Source: a bacterium (GTDB taxonomy: Bacteria > Bacteroidota > Ignavibacteria > Kapaibacteriales > UBA7675). From it: DNA of 36,358 nucleotides. A program made the position numbers and the translations under genes. Of the stretch, positions 27,310 to 35,790 are shown one piece after another. The stretch spans positions 1-36,358 of the forward strand of contig JAUHYX010000003.1 in the NCBI GenBank assembly GCA_030426285.1. The letters are read 5' to 3'. Position 1 is the stretch's first letter. Each line of letters opens with the position of its first letter. The notes below the pieces were generated by a model. That model saw only the letters and a program-made list of their open reading frames with translations. It searched no databases and was not told where the DNA came from.

Positions 27310-28541
27310 GCGACAAACTCACCATTATATGTGTAGATGATGAACAAACAGTTCTCAATAGCTTAGAAAGCGAACTCCGCGGTGCACTGGGCACGAATGT
27401 GAATATTGAGTATGCAGACAGCGCAAGTTATGCATTGGAGTTGTTGAACGAACTCGACCTCGACGGCGAGGAGGTTGCCGTAGTGATGTCGGATTACATC
27501 ATGCCCGGCAAACGCGGTGACGAGCTGTTGGCTTCGATCCACAAACTGCGTCCAGAAATCCGTAAAATCATGCTCACTGGACAAGCAGATTTGCAGGCCG
27601 TAGCCAATGTTGTGAACGAAGCTGGACTCTTTCGGTATATATCAAAACCGTGGGACAAGCACGACCTTTTGCTCACATTGCAATCCGCGATTGACGCTTA
27701 CAAGCGCGACCGCGAGCTCGTGCTCACCAATCGGGCCTACCGCAAATTTGTACCGCATGAATTTCTGAAGCACCTCAACAAAAAGTCAATTCTCGACGTC
27801 AACCTCGGCGATCAAATCGAAAAGGAGATGACGGTGATGTTTACAGACATTCGCGGTTTTACGAGTATTTCTCAGGACATGACACCGGCTGAAAACTTCA
27901 ACTTCATCAACTCATACCTCGGCGTCATGGAACCCATCATCGCGCAACACAATGGCTTTATTGACAAGTATGTTGGTGATGGCTTGATGGTATTGTTCGA
28001 CGGTTCTCCGGCCGATGCAATTGGTTGTGCGGACTCCATGCTCGTAGCATTGCAGTACTTTAACGACAGTGACTCAAGCTCGGATTTCCCTCCAATTGAA
28101 GTTGGCATCGGTCGGCATGTAGGCAGCATGATGTTGGGAACGGTAGGGAGCGAGAATCGCATGGACAGTACCGTGATCTCGGATGCCGTGAACACCGCCT
28201 CGCGCATAGAACATTTAACCAAATCGTATCTCGTTTCTGTGATTTTCACAGAGGCAGTGTACGAGCGACTCAACAGAGTCCAACGAGATATGTGTAGACT
28301 CATCGACCACGCGGCTGTTTCGGGTCGCAACAAGGTGGAAGCACTGTATGAGTATTTCGGTGCAGATGACGTGATCACGCGTCAGAGCAAAAAGCAATAC
28401 GCCGGACAGTTGCGCGAAGCAATTGAGTTTTTGAACACCGGGCACCCCGAGTCTGCAGCAGAAATATTGAATTCACTACGCGTGTCTTGGCCTTCCGACC
28501 CCGTAGTGCGATTTCATGTAGCACGAACCGAACAACTATAG
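27306..28541 (+). CDS. Response regulator fused to a class III adenylate cyclase
   Basis: REC (CVDDE, MSDYIMPG, MLTG, KPW); cyclase motifs MFTDIRGFT, DKYVGDG, RMDSTVISDAVNTASRIE with Lys/Asp ATP-specifying residues. Confidence 0.92.
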   Translation: MSDKLTIICVDDEQTVLNSLESELRGALGTNVNIEYADSASYALELLNELDLDGEEVAVVMSDYIMPGKRGDELLASIHKLRPEIRKIMLTGQADLQAVANVVNEAGLFRYISKPWDKHDLLLTLQSAIDAYKRDRELVLTNRAYRKFVPHEFLKHLNKKSILDVNLGDQIEKEMTVMFTDIRGFTSISQDMTPAENFNFINSYLGVMEPIIAQHNGFIDKYVGDGLMVLFDGSPADAIGCADSMLVALQYFNDSDSSSDFPPIEVGIGRHVGSMMLGTVGSENRMDSTVISDAVNTASRIEHLTKSYLVSVIFTEAVYERLNRVQRDMCRLIDHAAVSGRNKVEALYEYFGADDVITRQSKKQYAGQLREAIEFLNTGHPESAAEILNSLRVSWPSDPVVRFHVARTEQL

Positions 28542-28546
28542 GTAAT

Positions 28547-29917
28547 ATGGCAACCAGCATCAATCCTCACGACAACGCAACCCTCACGTCGTACAGCACA
28601 AACACACCTGCTGAACTCAATCAAATTCTCAAACGCGTGGAGCTGGCTCAAGGTAGTTGGGCGCGGCAAACATTTTCTCAGCGCGGCGACGTATTTGTCA
28701 CCATCGCTTCACTATTGCGCGAACGCTCTGAACGCTTGAGTATGTTGATGGCCAAGGAAATGGGCAAACCTCTGCGCGAGGGTCGGGCTGAAATTGAGAA
28801 ATGCGCATCTGTATGTGAGTATTACGCCGCTAATGCTGAGTCCATGCTCGCCGATGTGGCGCTGCCAACCGAAGCACAGTATTCCGGCGTTTGTTACAAT
28901 CCACTTGGAGTAGTTCTTGCTGTTATGCCGTGGAACTTCCCTTTTTGGCAGGTATTTCGCTTCGCGGCTCCGGCACTCATGGCAGGCAATGCCGGCATTC
29001 TCAAACATGCCTCAAATGTAAACGGTTGTGCTGTAGAAATTGAACAGATCTTTGCAGAAGCAGGGGCGGGCGACGTTTTTGCCAAGGTGGTAATACCCGG
29101 ATCGCGCGTTGCTGAACTCATACAGCGCAAAGAAATTCAGGCGGTGACGCTCACAGGGAGCTCAACCGCTGGGAAGTCTGTAGCCGCGGCCGCAGGAGCT
29201 GCCTTAAAAAAATGCGTGCTTGAGCTGGGCGGGTCAGACGCTTATGTAGTCTTGCACGACGCCGACATCGCCCATGCCGCAAATACATGCGTCAACAGCC
29301 GTCTCATCAACAGCGGACAAAGCTGCATTGCGGCCAAGCGATTCATTGTTGTAGAAGCTGTATACGCTGAATTCATAGATCAAGTGCAGCAAGCCATGGA
29401 GAGTGCTACCATGGGTGATCCGCTTGATGAAAACAACGATATCGGCCCCATGGCGCGGATCGACCTGCGCGACGAGTTGCACAATCAGGTGCGCCTGAGC
29501 ATGTCCGGAGGTGCGCGCTTGGTTGCCGGTGGTTTCGTTCCCGAAGGTCCGGGCGCGTATTACCCTCCTACAGTATTGGCAGATGTAAAACCCGGCATGC
29601 CCGCGTATCACGAAGAACTGTTTGGTCCGGTAGCAGCCATTATTCAGGCCAAAGACGAAGCCGATGCTATTCGCATCGCTAATGATAGTGATTTTGGTTT
29701 GGGCGCAGCCGTGTTCAGCCGCGACATCCACAGAGCGCGAAGCATTGCCGAACAGCACTTGCAGGCCGGCGCATGTTTTGTGAACGAATTTGTGCGTTCT
29801 GACCCGCGGCTACCATTTGGTGGTATCAAGAACAGTGGGTATGGACGCGAACTTTCCTTTGCAGGCATTCGCGAGTTTGTGAATATGAAGACAATCTATG
29901 TATCAGAACCCGGCTAA
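28547..29917 (+). CDS. NAD(P)-dependent succinate-semialdehyde dehydrogenase-like aldehyde dehydrogenase
   Basis: VMPWNFPFWQVFRF, LKHASNV, LTGS, LELGGSD, SGQSCIAAKRF, EELFGP, PFGGIKNSGYGREL. Confidence 0.92.
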   Translation: MATSINPHDNATLTSYSTNTPAELNQILKRVELAQGSWARQTFSQRGDVFVTIASLLRERSERLSMLMAKEMGKPLREGRAEIEKCASVCEYYAANAESMLADVALPTEAQYSGVCYNPLGVVLAVMPWNFPFWQVFRFAAPALMAGNAGILKHASNVNGCAVEIEQIFAEAGAGDVFAKVVIPGSRVAELIQRKEIQAVTLTGSSTAGKSVAAAAGAALKKCVLELGGSDAYVVLHDADIAHAANTCVNSRLINSGQSCIAAKRFIVVEAVYAEFIDQVQQAMESATMGDPLDENNDIGPMARIDLRDELHNQVRLSMSGGARLVAGGFVPEGPGAYYPPTVLADVKPGMPAYHEELFGPVAAIIQAKDEADAIRIANDSDFGLGAAVFSRDIHRARSIAEQHLQAGACFVNEFVRSDPRLPFGGIKNSGYGRELSFAGIREFVNMKTIYVSEPG

Positions 29918-30844
29918 AACGGGAATGAGCAAGGCGAGTCCAACCGAAACGCCCAAGCCGAGAGTGGCCTTACCGGCATCGCGCAGGATGAGTCGCCGCG
30001 TCACCGCAAACGGCTGATGGTGTAGCATACGCGTAATCGCAATTTCCCGTCCAGCCAACAGCCCCAAAAACACCCATGTGGTGCTCATTGGCATGTTCGA
30101 CATTTCCTTAAAAACGAACAAGATAATCCCGTAGATAAAGTCGATAATCGTCGCAGACTGAATGCGCGAGGTATTGACTTTTGTCTCAACGATATGCTGA
30201 ATTTTACCACCGCGGTTGTAGATAATGTAGCCTAACAGACCCAGCATAAGAGCACATGAGCCAAAGAACTCGTAGTCAGACAGCTGTCGCGGTAGGTATA
30301 CATAAATATTTGCCAAATCTTGGATAAGCCACATCGCCCATAGGAAACCGGTAGACAGCCATTGCAGCACGATCCAGAGTGAGCGATTGCCACCGCCCTT
30401 GTCGTACATTCTGCGCAGCCGTTTTGCAATCACCATATAGATACCAAGTGCTGAGGCAAACGCAACCGCGTATCCCAGCAAAGATTTTACCAACATTTTT
30501 TCGAGATTGGGCAGTGCAAAAATGGTGAGAATCAGAAATGTCGTGCTCACTGGAATGCCAAAGCGCGTCAGCACCACAATCACCACCGCAGGCAGCGTAT
30601 GCCACCAGGTGAGTCCACCCTCCGGCATCGGGAACTTGTCTAGTCGTCCATAAGCGATATCGCCACTGGCCCAACCATACATCAGCACACCACCGAGGAT
30701 AGCGGCGGCAAAGAGCCACAACAAAAACTTACTGCGAGTACTATTCGAACTCAGGAACGTACCTAGGGTTTGAATAGCATCGTTTGCGACAATACTGTAA
30801 GCCGCGACCATGAAACCGAAAACAGCCTCGGGGGCAAGTGACAT
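29903..30844 (-). CDS. Integral membrane protein, divergent PiT (inorganic phosphate transporter)-like
   Basis: Multiple TMs; duplicated motifs ANDAIQT/GIPVSTT and QDLANI/PMSTT resembling the two PiT repeats. Confidence 0.6.
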   Translation of the reverse strand: MSLAPEAVFGFMVAAYSIVANDAIQTLGTFLSSNSTRSKFLLWLFAAAILGGVLMYGWASGDIAYGRLDKFPMPEGGLTWWHTLPAVVIVVLTRFGIPVSTTFLILTIFALPNLEKMLVKSLLGYAVAFASALGIYMVIAKRLRRMYDKGGGNRSLWIVLQWLSTGFLWAMWLIQDLANIYVYLPRQLSDYEFFGSCALMLGLLGYIIYNRGGKIQHIVETKVNTSRIQSATIIDFIYGIILFVFKEMSNMPMSTTWVFLGLLAGREIAITRMLHHQPFAVTRRLILRDAGKATLGLGVSVGLALLIPVLAGF

Positions 30845-30895
30845 GACATTGCAGAATTGTTACGAAAGCATTAAAGATACGTAAAATTGGCTGCT

Positions 30896-31585
30896 TTAGG
30901 AGGAAGAATCCGAGACGACCTCGAACAGGGTGTGTCCACTGCGGGCGTATTTTTCCTCAAATCTCGTCAAAAACGGCGTTTTGGGATGAATTTCGCGCAG
31001 CTCGGGATCGCGGTCACAAAGCTCCAAAGCTCGGTGCCATTCACGCGCATACACCTCCCAATTTGTGCGCAAGGTGGTAGCGGGCGCACACTGCAGCAGC
31101 AGGGGCAGGGCTGGGTGACCGTGCCAGCGCCGTTTGAGATGTCCAGGTTTCGGCCACGGATTCGGGTACAGAAGAAACACATGCTCGAACGCGAACTGCA
31201 GCTCAGCTGCGAGGCACCACACATCGGCCGCATCGGCGCGTATGAACCGCACGAGGTCATGAGCCGGCGCTTTGTTGAGTCGAGCCGCCGACTGATCCAC
31301 TGCCAGCACCTGCATATTCCGGTGCTCGGCCAGATGCACGGAGCTCAGGCCGGTACCGCACCCAACATCGAGCAGAAGTGGTCGACCACCATCTTGAGCC
31401 TCTTGCAGCAGTGGCACAACAGCAGCGCGAGTTTCCGAGCGCACATTGTGTTGCCATTTCGTACGCACATGTTTGCGCACCGTCTCCTCCAGCGCCTCAT
31501 GCACATCGAGCTGCGAAGACACCACCGGCGAGCTATGGAAACCAGCATCGCGCTCACGCGAATTTGAATGTTCATCATTCTTCAT
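30896..31585 (-). CDS. TrmB-like SAM-dependent methyltransferase
   Basis: LDVGCGTG, AVDQS, LYPNPWPKPGHLKRRW, LRTNWEVY, TRFEEKY. Confidence 0.82.
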   Translation of the reverse strand: MKNDEHSNSRERDAGFHSSPVVSSQLDVHEALEETVRKHVRTKWQHNVRSETRAAVVPLLQEAQDGGRPLLLDVGCGTGLSSVHLAEHRNMQVLAVDQSAARLNKAPAHDLVRFIRADAADVWCLAAELQFAFEHVFLLYPNPWPKPGHLKRRWHGHPALPLLLQCAPATTLRTNWEVYAREWHRALELCDRDPELREIHPKTPFLTRFEEKYARSGHTLFEVVSDSSS

Positions 31586-31615
31586 GCAAAAAAATAACTT
31601 TTTTCACACAAACTC

Positions 31616-31646
31616 TTGACTTTAAATCATCTCAACCGTAAGTTTG
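31616..31646 (+). promoter_or_regulatory. tRNA promoter
   Basis: TTGACT-17 bp-TAAGTT(TG), 18 bp upstream of the tRNA, with an AT-rich upstream tract. Confidence 0.7.
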
Positions 31647-31664
31647 TAGACTCTTTTACAAGAC

Positions 31665-31736
31665 GCCCCGTTCGTCTATCGGCTAGGACCCAGGATTTTC
31701 ATTCCTGTAAGAGGGGTTCGATTCCCCTACGGGGTA
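31665..31736 (+). tRNA. tRNA-Glu (anticodon TTC), CCA not encoded
   Basis: Acceptor GCCCCGT/ACGGGGT, D arm GTCT..GGAC, anticodon arm CAGGA-TTTTCAT-TCCTG, T arm AGGGG-TTCGATT-CCCCT. Confidence 0.96.
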
Positions 31737-31793
31737 CGACGAAACACTACAAACCCTAGGAACCACACGGCTCCCAGGGTTTTGTGTTTTAAA
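31730..31793 (+). repeat. Left direct repeat (tRNA 3' end plus hairpin), att-like
   Basis: 31735-31769 identical to 35796-35830 (35 bp); similarity continues on both sides; forms hairpin AAACCCT...AGGGTTT. Confidence 0.9.
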
Positions 31794-32076
31794 GGGCTAA
31801 CACTACTGCAGACAGTTTCCACATGCCTAAATCGTACCCTCCAAAAAAGTGAACCCTAAATTGGGGGTGTTTTGAGCCCAACAACCACTCTATTTTGATG
31901 TCTTTCTACTAGATGTGGCAACGACACCCCAGCACTCACTTCGATTTCCACGTTTTGTGAGTTTTAGTTTAATAAGTATCTTCGACGATCCTGTTCTCTT
32001 GCTTAGTATCGTGCACTGAGACAGATATTCCTGCTATAGCTTGTTGTTCTTTTACTCTATCCTGAAGGTGCTCAGT

Positions 32077-32451
32077 ATGAAAAAGTTGGTGGCCGTTTTG
32101 TGCGCAATGAATATTGCGTTAATGCTTGGGTGGACTTATGATCGTAGTTACTACAAATCGCACTCGGAGCAAGCGAGCAAAAGTGAAAATGCTCGCGTTT
32201 CAAGTACGGAAACAGTTGTAGAAGGTGACCTCAGAGTAACGGGAGCTCTCTATGTCAACGACATGATATTGAGTGAAAAATTGCGTTTGAAAGGTAGGAA
32301 CCCACAATTTGTTGTGACAAAGGAGTTTAATCTTGGAGTAGAGAGCATCGTTGTCATTAAATCGAACAGCTCTGAACCAAATAGTGTCCCAACTGTGAAC
32401 TTAGACGGTGTGGATTTATATGTGAATAACGAACTCATCTCGTCACCATGA
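32077..32451 (+). CDS. Hypothetical protein with an N-terminal signal/TM segment
   Basis: MKKLVAVLCAMNIALMLG start preceded by AAGGTG; VEGDLRVTGALYV beta-strand motif. Confidence 0.6.
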   Translation: MKKLVAVLCAMNIALMLGWTYDRSYYKSHSEQASKSENARVSSTETVVEGDLRVTGALYVNDMILSEKLRLKGRNPQFVVTKEFNLGVESIVVIKSNSSEPNSVPTVNLDGVDLYVNNELISSP

Positions 32452-32538
32452 TCCTATTCTTTTGCCTTAAAATGGTTTCTTTCCGGAAACAACTCCAGCC
32501 ATAAAACCTGTTTCAACAAAAAAATCACCTAACAACGT

Positions 32539-33450
32539 ATGATAGACCTCATTGGCGATATTCACGGACATGCAGACAAGCTTGAAGAGTTGTTGCGGAA
32601 GTTGGGTTATGCAGAGAACAATGGCGTGTACTCTCATCCCGAGAGAAAGGTGCTGTTAATTGGCGACTACATTGACCGAGGTCCGAAGATTCGGGAGACA
32701 CTGCAGATAGTGCGAGCGATGGTTGACAGCGACAACGCCATTGCTTTGATGGGAAATCATGAGTACAATGCATTGTGCTTTCATTACAAGGACGCTGGTG
32801 GTGGACACCTCAGAAAACACGAGATCAAGAATGTCGTTCAACACTACGAAACGCTGAAGCAGTTTCAGAATCGACAGCAAGAATACGAGGGTTATATCGA
32901 GTGGTTCAAGACCTTGCCACTGTTCTATGAAGCCGAAAACTTCAGAGCCGTTCATGCCTGTTGGGACAGCAACAACATTGAATACCTGAGGAAGGATCTA
33001 GTCAACGACCGGCTAACCGACGAGCTTATCTATCAGTCTGTGAGGAGAGGCACAGAGTTGTATGAGGCCATAGACCAAACGCTAAAAGGCAAAGAATTAC
33101 GCATGCCAGAAGGGCATTATTTCCTCGACAAAGATGGTGCAAGAAGGTCGCAAATCCGGTTCAAATGGTGGGAAGATCCGTCTGCAACGACCTACAGATC
33201 CATCAGCGTTTTGCCAAACGAAAACCTGCCCGTAACACCAATTGAAACGTCTGAACTAGCGTCGCTTGAATACTATCGCGACCACGACAAGCCTGTCTTC
33301 TTCGGACACTATTGGCTTACGGGAGAACCAGCATTCTTCAAGGACAATGTTTGCTGCCTGGACTACAGCGTTGCCAAAGGTGGCAAACTCGTAGCATACA
33401 GGATGAACGACGACACCACATTGCACAGTGGGAATTTGGTGTGTGTTTGA
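32539..33450 (+). CDS. Calcineurin-like metallophosphoesterase (ApaH/PPP-like, PA3087-type subfamily)
   Basis: GDIHG, GDYIDRG, GNHE, VHACW, FGHYW, CLDYSVAKGGKLVAYR. Confidence 0.9.
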   Translation: MIDLIGDIHGHADKLEELLRKLGYAENNGVYSHPERKVLLIGDYIDRGPKIRETLQIVRAMVDSDNAIALMGNHEYNALCFHYKDAGGGHLRKHEIKNVVQHYETLKQFQNRQQEYEGYIEWFKTLPLFYEAENFRAVHACWDSNNIEYLRKDLVNDRLTDELIYQSVRRGTELYEAIDQTLKGKELRMPEGHYFLDKDGARRSQIRFKWWEDPSATTYRSISVLPNENLPVTPIETSELASLEYYRDHDKPVFFGHYWLTGEPAFFKDNVCCLDYSVAKGGKLVAYRMNDDTTLHSGNLVCV

Positions 33451-33477
33451 GGGGGTGAAGAGTAGCTCAAACTCCTG

Positions 33478-33507
33478 CAACCCCTGAACCTAGGGTTTTG
33501 TGGTTTA
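33478..33507 (+). repeat. Third, degenerate copy of the post-tRNA repeat
   Basis: CCTAGGGTTTTGTGGTTTA (33489-33507) matches 31773-31791 at 17/19 and 35833-35851 at 16/19; preceded by CAACCCCTGAAC resembling CAAACCCTAGGAAC. Confidence 0.6.
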
Positions 33508-33537
33508 GTTGGGGTGTACGGGTATTCAGTTGATATA

Positions 33538-35478
33538 TCACGCTTTAACAGAAACATAGGCCTGTTGTGGATGATTTCTCAATTCAGGGAACAAGTAAGC
33601 GATCTCACCGCGATCAAGCAGCACATTCAGATACTTTCTGGTGATATAGTCTTCATTTCGTCCTAGTATCGTCGCCAGTTCCGCAGCCTTAATTGCTCTT
33701 TTACTGCAAATTTCAACGATTATTTTCTCGATTTTTGAACTGTCTCTTTCTCTCTTGCCGAGACTGTCTAGAAGTGAACTTATCTTGGGATCAATTAGCT
33801 CACTAAACAGTTCCTTATTGTCTCTCGTAGTTTTCACTTCTGCTTCCGTACTTAACTCCTGAGCTTCCGTACTTAACTCCTGAGCTTCCGTACTTAACTC
33901 CTGAGCTTCCGTACTTAACTCCTGAGCTTCCGTACTTAACTCTCGAGCTCCTGTACTTAACTCTCGAGCTCCTGTACTTAACGCAGTATCTTGATCGTTC
34001 ATCGATGGACTTGGAATATAGTACGTAGCTCGACCCTTTCCTTTGGATACAATAACACCCAAATCCCGCAGAGCACGTAACTCCTGCGATGCTTGAAGAA
34101 CATCACAATCAACCAACTGTCTATACCGAGCATTGTCAATGGCACCCACTTCTCGTATAAATATCAATGCTTGCTTCTGTCCGTCAGAAAGTTTCAGCGC
34201 ATCAAACCTTGACAACCATCTCAAGTCTTTCTCGTCAAGAAAATGAAGCAACAGAAGTCTCGAAGTAAACTGATTATTAATTCTATCGGATTCGAACATA
34301 GGTGGAGCCAAATGCGACTCACGCATCATGATTCGCATCGCACGTATGCCTGACCCTTTCGTCTCGGCTAAGTTTGTTTCATGGAATACAGCAGCAATAA
34401 ACGGATTTCGAGTTTCACTACCAGGCTCGCCAAGTCGGTCTTCAGCCTTCAAAGAGTATCCAGGGTTTATAATCTCAATTCTGTTATCGTATCGCACCAC
34501 TTGAGTTGGCCTATGTTCCCGGTACGATCTGTGCATTAATGCGTTGACAATTGCCTCTCTCAGGGCTTTCGTTGGTAACCCACTTGAATCAGCTTGCAAC
34601 TCGTTGTCAGACAAGAGAAACCCTTTCGGGAGATCTGCATTTATGGCATCTACCAATCTAAACAGCAAAGTCAAAAGAGGCCCTCTCATATCGATCGTTA
34701 CAAATCGATCGTCGGGGGTTGGAACCCATTGGTTTCCGGGAACGCGAATATAATCCACCCGCAACATCGGATAGTAGGCCCTTAACGCTTTCGCCGATCC
34801 AAACAGCAAAAGACCAGCCAAAGTCAGCTCACTCCGATTCTTGCGATTTAGACAACCAAGAGATAGTAATAGGTCTCCATCGTTGTAAGTGAGTTCCTCG
34901 GCAGCAGGATTGATATTCTCTCTCAACTTTCGATACCGATCGACAGCTGTTTCATCGATATCTGCAAGTGAGGATCCTTCAACGGTAGAAACATCGTAGC
35001 TCTCTGTTGACGAATAAAACACGCGTAAGTCATCTTCAGTGCACCTTTGATCAGTAGACCCGACTCTACGAAAGGCTCCGCTTGGCAGCCCACTCTTTTC
35101 TATGTAAAGCGGTTTTTTTGACGAGTCAAGCTCAACGACTGTAATTTTGACAACGGCTTTTTCACCAATGGTCTCTACTTCAATCTTGGGACGAATTGGT
35201 ATATTAAACATGGAACTACACATACTAGCAAAGTCTTTCTGAACCTTGTCCAAGTCAGAAACGCCTACTACTGTATACTGTCCAAATAGTTGACCATGAT
35301 CTTCTGCAACCCCCAAAAGAATATATCCTCCACCAATCCCTGGTTCGTTGGAGTAGGCACACACGGTTTCCATAGCAGATTTGGAGATCGATCCTCCACC
35401 TTTCGCCTCTATCCAATCACATTCATCTTGTTGGTTTAGTATACTGAGTAACTTCTCAGCACTATAATCGAATTCCAT
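33538..35478 (-). CDS. Schlafen/AlbA_2 + HATPase_c_4 (RecG C-terminal-like) + winged-HTH protein
   Basis: ECDWIEAK...VCAYSN..GGGYILLGV (AlbA_2); LREAIVNALMHRSY, IEIINPG, RNPFIA, ETKGSGI (HATPase_c_4); wHTH ...LRDLGVIVSKGKGRATYY and a C-terminal wHTH ...NHPQQAY. Confidence 0.88.
   Translation of the reverse strand: MEFDYSAEKLLSILNQQDECDWIEAKGGGSISKSAMETVCAYSNEPGIGGGYILLGVAEDHGQLFGQYTVVGVSDLDKVQKDFASMCSSMFNIPIRPKIEVETIGEKAVVKITVVELDSSKKPLYIEKSGLPSGAFRRVGSTDQRCTEDDLRVFYSSTESYDVSTVEGSSLADIDETAVDRYRKLRENINPAAEELTYNDGDLLLSLGCLNRKNRSELTLAGLLLFGSAKALRAYYPMLRVDYIRVPGNQWVPTPDDRFVTIDMRGPLLTLLFRLVDAINADLPKGFLLSDNELQADSSGLPTKALREAIVNALMHRSYREHRPTQVVRYDNRIEIINPGYSLKAEDRLGEPGSETRNPFIAAVFHETNLAETKGSGIRAMRIMMRESHLAPPMFESDRINNQFTSRLLLLHFLDEKDLRWLSRFDALKLSDGQKQALIFIREVGAIDNARYRQLVDCDVLQASQELRALRDLGVIVSKGKGRATYYIPSPSMNDQDTALSTGARELSTGARELSTEAQELSTEAQELSTEAQELSTEAQELSTEAEVKTTRDNKELFSELIDPKISSLLDSLGKRERDSSKIEKIIVEICSKRAIKAAELATILGRNEDYITRKYLNVLLDRGEIAYLFPELRNHPQQAYVSVKA
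33842..33982. repeat. In-frame 21-bp tandem repeat (~6.7 units)
   Basis: GCTTCCGTACTTAACTCCTGA x4 then variants; encodes (E/A)LST(E/G)A(Q/R/E) x7. Confidence 0.95.
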
Positions 35479-35790
35479 TTTTTGTCCTTATTTCCGTAAC
35501 TCTTCTGCAGTAACACACGAATTTCTGCCCAGTGCTGAAGAGGAATAAATGCTACCTCCACAAACTCAACCACATTATAACTTGTCCTCAACATATCGAG
35601 GATTGTGACCGTCACAATTGGTGCTCTTGGTTGGCATTTCTTTAATTCTAACAAGCGCAAAACTGGACAAGAATTCCGGCCAACCAGAGCTTTGCAGGAT
35701 CAGGCCGAAATATACTCAAAATTACACCGGAGATGTCTTCTTAGGCTTAAATCTAGGCCAAAAATACTCCTTGATTCGCGTGTGACACAT

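Noticed and set aside
30887-31567. 226-aa antisense ORF over the TrmB-like gene, and the many other short overlapping ORFs in the track
   Set aside because: Shadow frames of well-supported genes, with no motifs or ribosome binding sites.
31794-32076. Integrase gene or remnant after the left repeat
   Set aside because: No ORF or tyrosine-recombinase motif seen; GTGAACCCTAAATTGGGGGTG could be an arm-type site but cannot be supported.
33842-33982. CRISPR array
   Set aside because: Units are contiguous with no spacers, lie in frame within a CDS, and there are no cas genes.
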